Source: Octopus sinensis
Lineage: Eukaryota
Direction: 5' to 3'
DNA length: 64,000 nucleotides
NCBI RefSeq assembly: GCF_006345805.1
Contig: NC_043003.1
Coordinates: 14,198,001-14,262,000, forward strand
The notes beneath the pieces are model-generated. The model searched no databases, had not been told where the DNA came from, and saw nothing but the letters and a program-made list of their open reading frames with translations. Positions 1-13,153 of the stretch are shown piece by piece (the stretch's first letter is position 1; every line of letters starts with the position of its first letter). The translations under genes were made by a program, and so were the position numbers.

Positions 1-1769
1 TGCGCTGTATTTTATGGCATATAAGTTGCACTTTTCCCCCCAAAATTTATTGAAACAAGGGCAGTGAATTTCAACAAATCTGGTAACAAAATGGTTAACT
101 TACTGCTCCTTATAATACTTCTCTCTCTCTCCCTATCTATCTATCTGTCTGTCTATCTATCTATCTATCTATTTCACCTCTCTCAACATAGCCACTACTT
201 TCTCGTTACAGTGAGACAGAAAGGACCCAACCAAGCAACCAAACATCAACAAACAAATAAATAAATAAAATAACATGTGACCTAGCATTTTATATATCAA
301 GATACTATCCACTTTCTGCTTGGCTAAGAATTCAGTTTCACTAAATAATGGTACTGCCAAGTTCTGGGAACAGCACTTATGTTAGAGAAAACACAATTTT
401 TTTTTTTTTTATAAATCTTATATCTGGTTACCAAGATCGACAAATATTTGGGAAACCCGTCTCGATGTCGGTCACATGCTGCAAAATCTAAACTACTCTA
501 GAGTGGTAAATTGAACAATATTTCTGAAGCAACAATTACTGTAACATCTGGCAATATTTAATGATTCCAATAAATAAATAAATAAATAGAAGCATTATTC
601 ATTTCAAGAAAAAAACCCATCTCTACCCTCCTCCCATCTTCCAAGATCTCCTTCACATAGCATGTACATAAGTTGGTACATGCTATGCAGAATCATCTAC
701 AGTTACTTCTACTAGAAGTATTTCAGTTTAAACTTTGCTTAAAGGAGACAAGAAGGCCTATCTTCCTCCCAAGAGCCATGAGATACTCCAAAACATAACT
801 AAGTAGGTTTTGACTCCCTATTAAGTACTTGACTACTTGATTTTAAGGCTGCTTATTAACAGGCAAGTTCAGTTACTTAGTTTTCACAGCGGTTAATAAA
901 TATGAATAGAAGCTATGCTCTTGAGAGTTAAAGACAAACTAATGCATATCAGGCTCTTGTAACAGACAAAGTACACCTGGCAAAGAAATGATATTTAGCA
1001 AATGCAAGAAAAACATGAAGCGCTGCATGAGTTTTGTTCAGTCTCTGCTCACTCAATCCCAAGTAGGTTAAGAGTTACAGCTACCGACAACCCTTCAGAT
1101 TATATTTCCCAAATGGTCATTTAATTATGTGCCTACCTATGTTTTTGCCTTAACTTTTAGTAATCTGATAAGCACTAGTGATTACGGTATCAATTAGTTG
1201 TGCAGTCATAAAAATGTGGTTAAGTGGTTCAAGTATTAGAATGCTGACCCGAAGGTCGCTGGTTTAACTTAAATTTTCGTTTTACATACATCAGGTTTTC
1301 AACTCGAGGTTCTTGGCTTATCTCAGATTACACATGGAATTACAAGAAGCGTGCTTCCCAATGAATATGATGCTAAACTCTATTAAAGAAGGTTTGCCCC
1401 CCCTCTACAACCACCACCACCATCCTTACATAACATAAAAACATCATGTTAGTTTCAATTCAATACTCGAGATTTTAATGAAGATCTTAATCTTTTATTT
1501 GGTTCCGTTATTCGACTGCAGCTATGCTGGGGTACTGCCCTGAAGGGTTTTAGTGGAACAAATCAAAACCCCACCCCACCCCACCGGGGACTGCCCTGAA
1601 GGGTTTTAGTGGAACAAATAGAAACCCACCTCCACCCCAGTTCTAATTTTTTTTAAAGTCTACTACTTACTTTATTAGTCTCTTTTTTTTCTGCTAAAAT
1701 GCTAAGCTACAAGGATGTAAACAAACCAATATCAAATGTCAAATGGTGGCGGAGGCATACAGAGACACA

Positions 1770-1975
1770 CTGGTGCTGGTGCCACATAAAAAGCACCCAA
1801 TACACTCTGTAAAGTGGTTGGTATTAAGAAGGGCATCCAGCCGTAGAAATCAAGCCAAAACAGACTATGGAACTTGGGGTGGCACCTGGTCTTGCCAGCT
1901 CCTCTCAAGCCATCCAACCCATGCCAGCACAGAAAATGGACATTAAATGACAATGATGATGATGATGATGATGAA
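1770..1975 (+). mobile_element. 5'-truncated RTE LINE 3' UTR fragment
   Basis: ggtgccacataaaaagcac...gggcatccagccgtagaaa...ccaacccatgccagc...(gat)n tail; same sequence follows RTE ORF2 at 40570-41200. Confidence 0.8.
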
Positions 1976-2181
1976 TCCAACTGCTAATCATACCACAGAG
2001 AAACTAACAGCCAACCATATGCGAAGAGAAGGCAAACACCTTCAGGTTATCTGCCTAAGGATGTTGTAGGTACACAATGTAGTGTTACTATTGCATCCTT
2101 AGACTATGCATTTTTGATGGAAGAATTACAAATGGAACATTCCCCTCCTTGGCCCCCTGAGCAAATGTACATGCTCTAAAT

Positions 2182-2440
2182 CAGTGATTCTCAACCATTT
2201 CTTTTTTCTAAGGACCCCTTTGATTTCTATTTTACTCAGGTGGACCCTTATAGCCATTCAATATTTTTTAAAAATCTTATTGGATGTTTATAATTAAATA
2301 TCATCAGAGGACAATATAAAAAATTGTTAAAATATTTTGTGAATTGTAGAATTATAACCAAGTTATAGCACAAATTTTTAGCAACAAAATCTAATATAGA
2401 CCCCCTAAGGGTCATATGGACCCCCAATTGAAAACCATTG
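2182..2440. mobile_element. hAT (Charlie-like) MITE
   Basis: Ends cagtgattctcaacc / aattgaaaaccattg; 8-bp flanks ctctaaat (2174-2181) and ctctagat (2441-2448), matching the NTCTARAN Charlie target. Confidence 0.85.
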
Positions 2441-3064
2441 CTCTAGATTATGGAGCACTTTCTACACTTTCACCCTTGTTCTTCCTACCCTCCAATTTCT
2501 GGCCTTTCCACTGTAATTGCCCTCTTTGGTCTACATCTTGGGTTACTAAGTAGTCTTTGCATTTAACGGTGTACAAAGGACTCCTCTTCCTGTGCTCATG
2601 CCACGGTTGAAAGCCGCACCCACAGGTGTTGATGCTCTGAAAAATGCATCCGGTGTACACCATAAAGAAGAGGACTAATGAGAAGGGAAACTGTAGGTGT
2701 GTGAGGTCCTGTTAGTCTTGTCCTTTTGAGGACCTATCAAACTCTCTTGTGTGGATGCCATGAGAAAATGGTTAAAGAGAAGTCAGCTAATCTAGTAGGT
2801 GGGGCCTCACATCGGTGTGAAGGATTAGTGTGTTATAAACCCATCAAGAAGCCCTGCTCCCTGCAACTCCAAAAAAATGGTATGCTGGTCTTTGAAACCT
2901 ACTGACATTTGGTATGTGGGGCTTTTGGTTGGTGGCACTTGCACAAGCAAGCCGTTTGTAAATCTCTGTAAATTGGTTGGCAATAGAGAAGGCATCCATT
3001 CATAGAAACCAAGCCAAATAACACATGTGAACATCAATGCATTTGAGCAGCAGTTCTTAATAAG

Positions 3065-3421
3065 AAACAAGAGCACTCAGAGAGGGCAAACCTCCACCAA
3101 GGCAACACCAACATCCTCTCAATGATTAGCTGGAGATGGTTTTTTAAATGAAATAAACTTGACTGCACTCACAAGTGAGAATACTAAAGATGAATCCAAC
3201 CACTCTCAAAAATTAAGTGAAAAAACAGGAAAAATAATCTAGAATCCTTGACTGGTACCAGATTGATCCCAAAATATAATCAGTTCATGTCAGTCACGAG
3301 GCCAAACATCCCTGAAAGTTTCATCTTAATCCATCCAGCGGTTCTTGAGATATCTTGTCCACGAACACAAACAAACACAACTGAAAACAATACCTCCAGC
3401 TTAGCAAAGTGGAGGTAATAA
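3065..3421. mobile_element. Non-autonomous Helentron-type (DINE-1/HINE-like) element
   Basis: Starts aaacaagag; subterminal acctccacc near the left end, inverted gtggaggt at the right end preceded by acctcc forming a terminal hairpin. Confidence 0.6.
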
Positions 3422-3917
3422 CTTAAACTATGACAACTCACCTAACCCACACCAGCTTGGAAAAGTGGATGTAAAATGATGATGATGATGACAATGACAT
3501 CGACAAAAGAAACTACAGAAGAATATATTACTCTTTTACTCTTTTATTTGTTTCAATCATTTGACTGTGGCCATGCTGGAGCACCGCCTTTAATGCTGGA
3601 GCATGAAGCAAAAAATGGGAAGAAATGAGGCAAAAATATTAATTGTATAAACATGCATGAATTATTATATAATATCAATATGAAGAAAATATAAACTTTC
3701 AATATGTAACAAAATAATTTCCATAGCAATTATATATGTTACAGTTTCTTACAAACAGACTAACAACTTAAATCTAGTTGACGTATGAAGCTAACATGTG
3801 ATAATGCACAAAGCGATAAAATTTTCCATTTTTCTGTTTTTTTAATTTAACAAATAACTCCAAGACTTCAATCATTCAACTAAATTGAAATTGCTAAAAG
3901 GAAGATAAATAAATTAG

Positions 3918-3920
3918 CTT

Positions 3921-3983
<63 letters not shown>

Positions 3984-4039
3984 ATACAATATGTTACATT
4001 ACTCGGTAGTCAAGATAAAACTCTGAGTATATATATATA

Positions 4040-4111
<72 letters not shown>

Positions 4112-4382
4112 TGTATATGTATAGAGAGAGAAAGAAATTAAAGATATATATATATATGTATGTATATACACAGATATATGTGTGTTTGTGTATGTATATA
4201 CATGTATATGTACATGCATGTGGGTGTATGTATATGTATATTTATATATGTATATGTGTGTGTGTATATGTAAATGTATGTATATATGTAAGTGTATGTA
4301 TATGTATATTTATATATGTATATGTATGTGTGTATATATGTAAATGTATGTATATATGTATGTATGTCTGTGTGTATGTATA

Positions 4383-4424
<42 letters not shown>

Positions 4425-4760
4425 GTATAGAGAGAGAAAGAAATTAAAGATATATATATATATGTATGTATATACACAGATATATGTGTGTTTGTGTATG
4501 TATATACATGTATATGTACATGCATGTGGGTGTATGTATATGTATATTTATATATGTATATGTGTGTGTGTATATGTAAATGTATGTATATATGTAAGTG
4601 TATGTATATGTATATTTATATATGTATATGTATGTGTGTGTATATATGTAAATGTATGTATATATGTATGTATGTCTGTGTGTATGTATATATATATGTA
4701 TGTAGATGTATGTGTATGAGCGCGTGCGTGTATATATATATATGAAGTTATAAATGCATG
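3918..4760. repeat. (TC)n/(TA)n/(TG)n compound microsatellite with internal 306-bp duplication
   Basis: atagagagagaaagaaattaaag block at 4121 and 4427. Confidence 0.95.
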
Positions 4761-6242
4761 TGTATATGTGTGTCAATTCATTTAAAGATTTTATCCTCAT
4801 GTTGAAGGCAATTAAGTGACGAAGAGAAGATAAAATTGTCATATCAATGAATCCTTGTCATATAGTTATAAAAAGAAACACACACACACAAACCAAAAAC
4901 AAAAGACACGGCAGCAATAGCCTGAAGGTGCAGGAATAAGTTCTTAATCTTACATCAAGCTAGCTATAAGCTGTCTTTTAAAGCATTGTTATATATTTTT
5001 TAATAAACCAACAAAAATAAGCGGATGATTCAGGTATTAAATTATTGCTCTATCACTGTGCTTAATGTGACCTTTTCCAAGAATATTAGTTTAAATCACA
5101 CTAATGCTATTTAGGAAAGAAATATCTATTCCAAGAGATGCTACAGATGAACTATTAGAAATATCTTAGCAAAAATTGCAAATGAAATACCAAAGTTCAG
5201 AAAACTAGCATAAATCAATGTTTTATGAAAGAATTTAGTATCAATTTAATAGGTCAAGAGGTATATAACCAAAGTACATAACGCTTTCCATTTTTCAGAT
5301 AGTGTTTCACAGAGATGCATCTGTACAGGTAGCTTTTCAATATGACACAGGCCAAATCTCAGTGAAAGCAAATGAGCCGTGTCTAAAGTAGGTATGGTTG
5401 GAATATTGGAACTTTGGATTTTTAATGTAAAAAGATAAAAGCGTTTCTTCTCGAAATGCCACAAGAATTGTCTAAATCTGGTAATACTTATTTCAGTATT
5501 ATATCTCTTTAGCTATTACCCAAATCAAAGAACTATCAAAATATCTCTCCTTTTTGTAAAATACGTGTGTGTGTGTGTGTGTGTGTGATATATATTGTTT
5601 AGTGTTTTGTTAACTGAAGACTATTTAGAGACACAAAGTGCATTATAAAAAAAAACCTGCCTAACCACATGCCTTCATAACAAAAAACTATTAGTAGCTC
5701 TAATCTTTATACCGTAGACAACATACATATCCAAATTTAGGGAATAGAGTAGATAAAATCCAGGCTACATATGTTTCATAGCTAGCAGAACCTCAGAAGT
5801 AGTAATTACTCAATGAGCAGTACTCCACTAGCTATTCATCAGGCCAAACATACCTTAGTCAAATGAAGGTTACATTATCGTCAAGAGATACCATGTTAAA
5901 TGGCAAGAGGTTTGATTGAAAAATTATATATATATATGAATGATGTATGTGTGTATGTCATCATTATCATTTAACGTCCACTTTTCCATGCTTGCATGGG
6001 TTGGATGGAATTTGTTGAGGTAAATTTTCTACAGCTGGATGCCCTTCTTGTCACCAACCCTCACCTATTTCCAAACAAGGTAATAGCTCCCCATGGCCAG
6101 AAGACATGTTCTCCACAGAAGACTGCAAAAGAACAATCTTACTTGTATGATGATGATGCTCACTCACAACCATCATGTAATGTCAAGACAAGGGCACACC
6201 ACAAACAAACACCCATATACACGACAGACAGATAGATAGACA

Positions 6243-6457
6243 GTGAGCTGGCAGAATCGTTAGCGTGCCAGGCAAGTATTTTGTCTGCTGTTATGTTCTG
6301 AGTTCAAATTCTGCTGAGGTCGAGTTTGCCTTTCATCCTTTCAGGGTCAATTAAATAAATACCAGTTACACACTGGGTTCAATGTCATCGACTTAATCCC
6401 TTTGTCTGTCCTTGTTTGTACTCTCTATGTTTAGCCTCTTGAGGGCAATAAAGAAAT

Positions 6458-6458
<1 letters not shown>
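6243..6458 (+). mobile_element. tRNA-derived SINE, family C (gagctggcagaa head, ccccttgtgggcaataaagaaataa tail)
   Basis: A-box-like tggcagaatcg, B-box gagttcaaattc, central ctttgcctttcatcctttc domain; runs into (GATA)n. Confidence 0.9.
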
Positions 6459-6515
<57 letters not shown>

Positions 6516-7577
6516 CACAAACACTAGCACACAAACACACACATCAAATGGGGCTTTTTTAGCTGATTGTCTACCAAATTCATTCATGAGGCTTTGGTTG
6601 GCCTAAGTAGCTGCGCAGTGGGACTGAACCCAAAACCACATGGATGGGAAGCAAGCCCTAATTGACAGACCAGGCCAATGAGCAAACAGTGTTTCAGCCG
6701 GAACTGTCCTGTATTCTTTTTAGCAGTCCCTAAAACATCTACAATGTGTCATATTGGTTTTTCGAGGCAGTATGAACAATTTGACAAGAGATGTGGCTGC
6801 TATTTCTAGTAATTCAAGCAACCAGGTAAAGAATCCCTAGTTGATGTCACAGATGGTTAATTTACCATTATAAGTAGTTGTAAGTACTGTAGAAATGATG
6901 GTTTTGACATCCAATAAAAACTTACTTAAGCAACCTCTCAAGAGAATGATAACTCTTTTTCCATCATTCAATAAGGCAGAGGTAATTAGGGACGAATACT
7001 GGCTCTGTGAATTCCTTGATTTGATAAGAATTAGCTTAGCAAGTTCCATTTTAATGACAGATATACATAATTGATCAGGATACCAAAGTAGCACCTATTT
7101 TTCTTGTCAGATAAACTGAACCAAGTAATGTGTTTCTGTAAGGCTACATACAACAGAATAGAAATGGTGTCATTCCAGTACATGACCTCTTGGTCAATAA
7201 CCTAATTTCTTTCTTTCAAATACCTTCTACAAAGCTATGAAATTAGAATGAAATGTTGGGAAAGGAAATTATATTTAAAAAAAAAATTCATTTCTTGCAA
7301 GATTTAAGAAACAAGGAAAGGGTAAAAATAGAAATAAAAATAAAATAAAATAGACAATGTCACAGGTACAAACAATGTAAGATACAAACTCATATACACA
7401 CACACACACAGCATACATACACATACTTAACATGTAGACACACATACAGGTACTGACGTTAGAAGGACAAAATGGAACAGAGAGAGGACAAGACCAGAGA
7501 GGAGTAGAGACACAAGGAACAGAAAGTCACTGAAGAGGTCACAGAATGTGTGACAAAAGATCTTTGGCTAATAAACT

Positions 7578-7602
7578 AATGATAATAATAATAATAATAA
7601 TG

Positions 7603-7660
<58 letters not shown>
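7578..7660. repeat. (AAT)n microsatellite
   Basis: Direct reading. Confidence 0.95.
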
Positions 7661-7662
<2 letters not shown>

Positions 7663-7683
7663 GCCCTGATGCAGTACCAGGCA

Positions 7684-8036
7684 GTGGCTCTCAGTGGTTA
7701 GAGTATTGAGCACACGATCATGAGGTAGTGAGTTTGATTCCTGGACTGGGCTGCGTGTTGTGTTCTTGAGCAAGACACTTTATTTTCAAGTTGCTTCAGT
7801 TCACTCAGCTGTAGAAATGAGTTGTGACATCACTGGTGCCAAGTTGTATCGGCTCCTTTGCCTTTCCCTTGGATAACATCGGTGGCGTAGAGAGAAGGGA
7901 GGCTGGCATGCATGGGTGACTGTTGGTCTTCCATAAAAATAACCCTAGGTTGTGTGTTTGCCAGTGAGGGGACTTTCCGCCCAGACTTGTACCCCAGAAG
8001 AGAACCTGTTAGGTACCCCCATGGTCATTCATGACC
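7684..8036 (+). mobile_element. tRNA-derived SINE, family D
   Basis: agtggttagagt...gagtttgattcctgg head, ttgagcaagacactt CORE-like motif; homologous to 36403-36727 in reverse. Confidence 0.85.
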
Positions 8037-8061
8037 AACGTAGTTGAGTTTCATATATATA

Positions 8062-8443
8062 TTCTTTTACTCTTTTACCTGTTGCAGTCATTTGACTGTG
8101 GCCATGCTGGAGCACCACCTTTAGTCAAGCAAATCGACCCCAGGACTTTTTCTTTAGAAGCCTAGTACTTATTCTATTGGTCTCTTTTTGCCGAACCGCT
8201 AAGTTACAGAGACATGAACACACCAGCATCGGTTATCAAGCGATGTCGGAGGGACAAGCACAGACACACAAACACATACATACACACACATACACATATA
8301 TATATACGACGAGCTACTTTCAGGTTCCGTCTACCAAATCCACTCACAAAGCTTTGGTCAGCCCAAGGTGCCACGCTGTGGGACTGAACCCGGAACCATG
8401 TGGTTGGTAAGCAAGCTACTTACCACACAGCCACTCCTGCGCC
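8062..8443 (-). mobile_element. tRNA-derived SINE, family A (ggagtggctgtgtggtaag head)
   Basis: Reverse complement of the copy at 10008-10405. Confidence 0.9.
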
Positions 8444-9946
8444 TATATATTTATTTATAAAAATCAAAGATCCTTCCTGAGCCATTGTCTCTCTCACAAG
8501 GCCTGTTTCCTAGTTTCTGCAGTGTTTATATTACCCTACTCAGAATGTAAGGTGTTCAAAATTTTATGGGGAGGAACCTAGTCAATTATATAATTATATC
8601 AACTCCAAAAGGTTGGTTGAAATGCAAAGCCCTCCTCAGCAGAATTTGAACTCAGAGTGTAAAGTGTAAAAATGCTGCTAAACATTTTGTCAGGCATCCC
8701 AACAATTCTGCCTGTTTCCCCACCACAACCACCTTTAATAATAATGACGACGATGGTGGTGGTGGTGGTGGTGGTGGTGGTGGTGATGATGATGATGATG
8801 ATGAAATTTAATACACTTCTGCGTCCTATAAGGATTTCATGAAAAGAATTACAAATTATACAATGCTGACTACAGGACCAAGGGTCTGAGATAGCAGACA
8901 CAATAGAGAAATGAAATATCAAGTTTCGTTAATGAAAGTTGTGAGTTGAAGTCTCGCCAGAGTTGATTTGGCTTTTTATCCCTCCAAGGTCGTTCAAACT
9001 AGGCATTATTAATACATTGAGGACAATACAATGGAGTACCCTCATACCCTTGAATGTACTGAGAAGAATTCATGGAAATTAGGAAGGAGGAAACAAACAA
9101 AAAAAAAGAAGCAATTTACAAAGAAAAAATGTTACTCTAAAATAAGATGGGGGGGAGGAGGTTGTGATTTTTTTTTTTCTTTTTTTATTGTGGCTTTAAA
9201 CTTTTTTCTGCATAAATAAAAAAAGCCACAACATTGATTTAGAATTGTTGGATTACCACAATAATTCACTAAAGAATGTGAATCTAGAGATTTTTTTTTT
9301 TTCCTTTCACACACCCGGTCTCTCTCTCTCTCTTTCTCTCCTTTCATGGCAAACTAAAATTCTTGGTGTCTGAAACAATTTTCTGTGATCCGTCAATATA
9401 TATACTAGATATTTGTGTGTTGCAGTGATATGAGCATGTCATATTGTCTCCAGATTTATGTTTGATAGAGATTCTCAAATCTAAAATCTTTGGAAATATT
9501 CCAAATATTCATTGATCATATTGTATTCCTTGATATGTTGGGTTTTTTTTTTTTTCAGGGAAGTGAGAGAAAGAAATAGTGCTGAAAAAAAAAAAAGGAA
9601 TGAATACCAGGAATTTGGAATCAGTTTTACATGTCACAGCTGCATCAAAACAATAGAAAGGATTAAAAAACAGGAGAAAAGATATGATTCTCCGACTCTA
9701 GATTAGTACGAAATTAATTTACTTTTTCATTTCGTTTTCAAGATATAAGCAGGGTATCACAGTAAAATCACGACTAAATCTCAAATCCTGAATAATCTCA
9801 AATTATTGCTGAATTTTAACGATGTTTTGTCATCATTAATTCTCTTTTTGTTTTTAATTTCAGCTTAAGATACTGATAAGAGTTGGAGGGTTTTGCACAT
9901 TTAAATCATTATACATATTATTGCAACACTTAAAAAACAGATTTAA

Positions 9947-10569
9947 CCCTTTCATTACTGTATTTATTTTGAGATGCTCTGTTTCTTTCAATCACTTTTA
10001 AATATAAGGCGCAGGAGTGGCTGTGTGGTAAGTAGCTTGCTCACGAACCACATGGTTCCGCGTTCAGTCCCACTGCGTGGCACTTTGGGCAAATGTCTTC
10101 TACTGTAGCCTCAGGCTGACCAAAGCCTTGTGAGTGGATTTGGTAGACGGAAACTGAAAGAAGCCCGTTGTATATATGCATAAATATATGTATGTGTGTG
10201 TATATGTTTGTGTCTATGTTTGTCCCCTGAATATCGCTTGACAACTAATGCTGGTGTGTTTACGTCTCCGTAACTTAGCGGTTCAGCAAAAGAGACCGAT
10301 AGAATAATTACCAGGCCTCCAAAGAATAAGTCCTGGGATCGATTTGCTCGACTAAAGGCGGTGCTCCAGCATGGCTGCAATCAAATGACTGAAACAAGTA
10401 AAGAGTATAACAAAGAATTTAGTAAAATAACTTAGTTATCATTCAGCTTGTGTTAGGAACATAAATTGTGACTAAATTTTGGTGGAAGATTTTAATTCAA
10501 AACTTATGAAAACAAGAAATTTGTACAACAGAACCAGAACTGTTTTCAGCCAGGTTGGTAACAAAAGGG
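9947..10569. mobile_element. piggyBac MITE family 1, interrupted by a SINE
   Basis: TTAA-CCCTTT...AAAGGG-TTAA (TTAA at 9943-9946 and 10570-10573); body matches uninterrupted copies at 39937 and 49362. Confidence 0.9.
10008..10405 (+). mobile_element. SINE family A, full length, nested in piggyBac MITE
   Basis: Head ggcgcaggagtggctgtgtggtaag, B-box-like gcgttcagtccc, tail gaaacaagtaaagag; tataa duplicated at 10003-10007 and 10406-10410. Confidence 0.92.
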
Positions 10570-10726
10570 TTAATGCCAATTCTTAACAATGAAGAAGTGT
10601 AGATGAATTGCAGATGTTGGCACAGTTATGAGCCAACTTCAGAATTTGATTCTCAGAAAAGGGGAGGTTGGTAAAAATAAAACCAAATTTGCTATCTTCA
10701 ATTTGGTCCTCACGTCTATCCGTCAT

Positions 10727-10892
10727 GTATATACGACGGGCTTCTTTCAGTTTCTGTCTACTAAATCCACTCACAAGGTTTTGGTCGGCCCAAGGCTATA
10801 GTAGAAGACACTTGCCAAAGGTGCTATGCAGTGGGACTGAACCCAGAACCATGTGGTTGGTAAGTAAGCTACTTACCACACAGCCACTCCTG
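10727..10892 (-). mobile_element. SINE family A, 5' half
   Basis: Reverse complement of the family A head. Confidence 0.85.
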
Positions 10893-11077
10893 TATGCAAA
10901 TATGCACAAGTGCTGTCATCGCATGAGCAAAACAGTAATATATTGACATTCTTTGTTGGCATTATGGCTGGTTGCTCTGTGCTTTTGAAGGCCCGTGGAA
11001 TAAGAAATCTCTTACTTGAAAAACAGGTAATGGTTGGTAAACTGGAATAGCATCCAGTCGTGAAATCCTTACCTTAA

Positions 11078-11298
11078 CCCTTTAGCATTTTAACCGGCCA
11101 TATCCGGCCAAAAGTACTCTGCCTGTTTTATGTTCAAACTGGCCAGATCTGGTCTCTCACACCAATCCTACAATATCTTTTAAAAAATTAACAGCTACCT
11201 CATCAAAATCTCATAGCTACAAGATAATGCATGATTAGTTCAAAACAATGTGGATGAAGAAGCATTAATTTTGGCAGAATAATGCGAACACTAAAGGG
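11078..11298. mobile_element. piggyBac MITE family 2
   Basis: TTAA-CCCTTTAG...CTAAAGGG-TTAA; internal ggccagatctgg motif shared with copies near 27090, 37150, 52615, 61535, 62170. Confidence 0.9.
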
Positions 11299-11817
11299 TT
11301 AAATACATCCTTGACTAACCCATGCTACTATGAGAAAAACTGATGCTAGACAAATGTTTAAAGATATCCCTTTAAGTTGCTAATAAAAACTAAATAATTG
11401 AAAGGTCTCTAATGATATGCCAGATTCATTTAAATTTCAAACCAACCAGACAAAAGTAAATGCCTGCCTATTAAAAAAAATAAAAAAGGTAAAGCGTATA
11501 TGTAGCTTAACAGAATTGTTTTATAGCACACAAACCTGTCTGTATAGCCTTATAGTTTAAGATAGCCATACTTAAAAAAAATAGATAAAATGGTAGCAAT
11601 AGCGATACTGATCGGAAAAGATAATAGTACCTTTTTAGTGGGTTTTTTTTTAATAGAAGCTATATCTTTTAAAGCAAGTACGACTAAAGAGCACAACATG
11701 AAATGATTATTTCGACCTTATATGATCAATACAAAGTAGATATGTGAAAAGTAAGAAAATTTATTTCAGTAATGTAATGCAGTATTATTGTTTTAGCAAT
11801 AAATATTCTTTAGATTT

Positions 11818-11852
<35 letters not shown>

Positions 11853-13153
11853 TTGTGTTTTTTTACCATAAATTCCGATGATGGAACCATTAAATCTATG
11901 TATGTTCGAAGGCAGTGTCTGAGAATCAATCTCCAGTAGGTAACTTAATAAGCAAAAATTCACATGGCGTCTCAAACCGTAAGATGTCTGGAATGGTTTA
12001 AGTTAACCAAACTGTCGGGAGAAGAACAATGCCATGACTCTTCGAGTTAATTATTTAAGTAAAAAAAATAATAAGCTATGGAAATAACTTCAGATATTAC
12101 GAGACAATTTTTTATAATATAGATAAAAAGATGGTGAAGGGAATGATTTTGTAAGGAACTGTATGAGAAAAAAATAGAAAATGAAAATTATTTCTCAAAT
12201 ATTATTATAACAGTAAGACTAAGTACATTTCTAATATCATGCAATTTTCTGTAGAGAACCATCAAAGCGGCGTTATTAATCTCTGCAGCCTTGTAGAACT
12301 TTCAAATATTTGAACTGGTTTTGTTATTTAGAAGTTAATTAATAACAAAGTAGTTGCTCTTGCTCTTAGTCTTAAGAATGAATTTACTTCTTCCAACATT
12401 TATAATCAATACATGTACAATTAAATTAAAATTTTAATTAAGAGTTATATTGAATGTATTTGCAATGGTTGGGCGACTCTTTAAAATCCTCAATATTACG
12501 ACCTTCTATGAAATTCTTAACAATAATAATAGCCGATTCTTACAATGGAAAAATCACAGAAATTAAAGCCTGATTTTTATAATTGAAAGCTCAACCAACT
12601 TTAGATATGGTTGTAAAATTTAAAATTAAAAAATCAAAATCTGTATGTGCCACCATTTGAGGTGGGGGGGGGGACAGAATCATTGCAAAGAATTAAAGGT
12701 AAAATCATCATCATCATCATCATCGTTTAACATCCGCTATCCATGCTAGCATGGGTTGGATGATTTTGACTGAGGACTGGCAAACCAGATGGCCGCACCA
12801 GGCTCCAATCTTGATCTGACACCTCAATAATAATGCTTAGAAAAGGTGGAAATCTACCAATACAAGCCAAAGAGGGAAGGAAGGGGTACTCTATGTAGTT
12901 ACTTGTTACTCGCCTAACAGAAATCACACCCTTATTGTCTTGGAAGATGAAGAACACATTGAATAGTAGGGGTCTTGGATGTTGGAATGAGACAGTTGGC
13001 TGGAGCTGTTTGGATGACAACAATTTGGCACCACTGACAGAACAGTCATCCTGTTTTGATAACAGTAATTTTTAATGCTGGAGATAAACACACACCTGCA
13101 CATGTGCAGAGAAATGTAGATAGAAAGGAGAGAGAGAGAGAGAGAGAGAGAAG

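Noticed and set aside
1294-1390. Possible plus exon VFNSRFLAYLRLHMELQEACFPMNMMLNSIKE
   Set aside because: Weak donor (gtttgc), two frames nearly open, no homology recognised.
4111-4842. Long Y/I/M/C/V or H/T-rich ORFs (also 15790-16394, 35332-35956, 48010-48714, 51083-52068)
   Set aside because: Translations of (TA)n/(CA)n/(TG)n microsatellites, open in several frames on both strands.
5299-5390. Open frame IVFHRDASVQVAFQYDTGQISVKANEPCL after a good acceptor
   Set aside because: No recognisable homology, ambiguous donor, adjacent frames look like decayed element sequence.
6837-7094. 85-aa minus ORF with an internal GTAAGT donor
   Set aside because: No acceptor gives a fully open exon and no family was recognised.
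8177-8410. Recurrent ORFs ending CHAVGLNPEPCGW or TMWLVSKLLTTQPL
   Set aside because: Antisense translations of SINE family A, repeated at many loci.
9452-9473. Resemblance to miR-190 (agatttatgtttgatagag)
   Set aside because: Seed and 3' end differ from the recalled mature sequence and no convincing precursor stem.
9512-9706. K/E-rich plus ORF after a poly-T acceptor
   Set aside because: Composition driven by A-runs; no motif.
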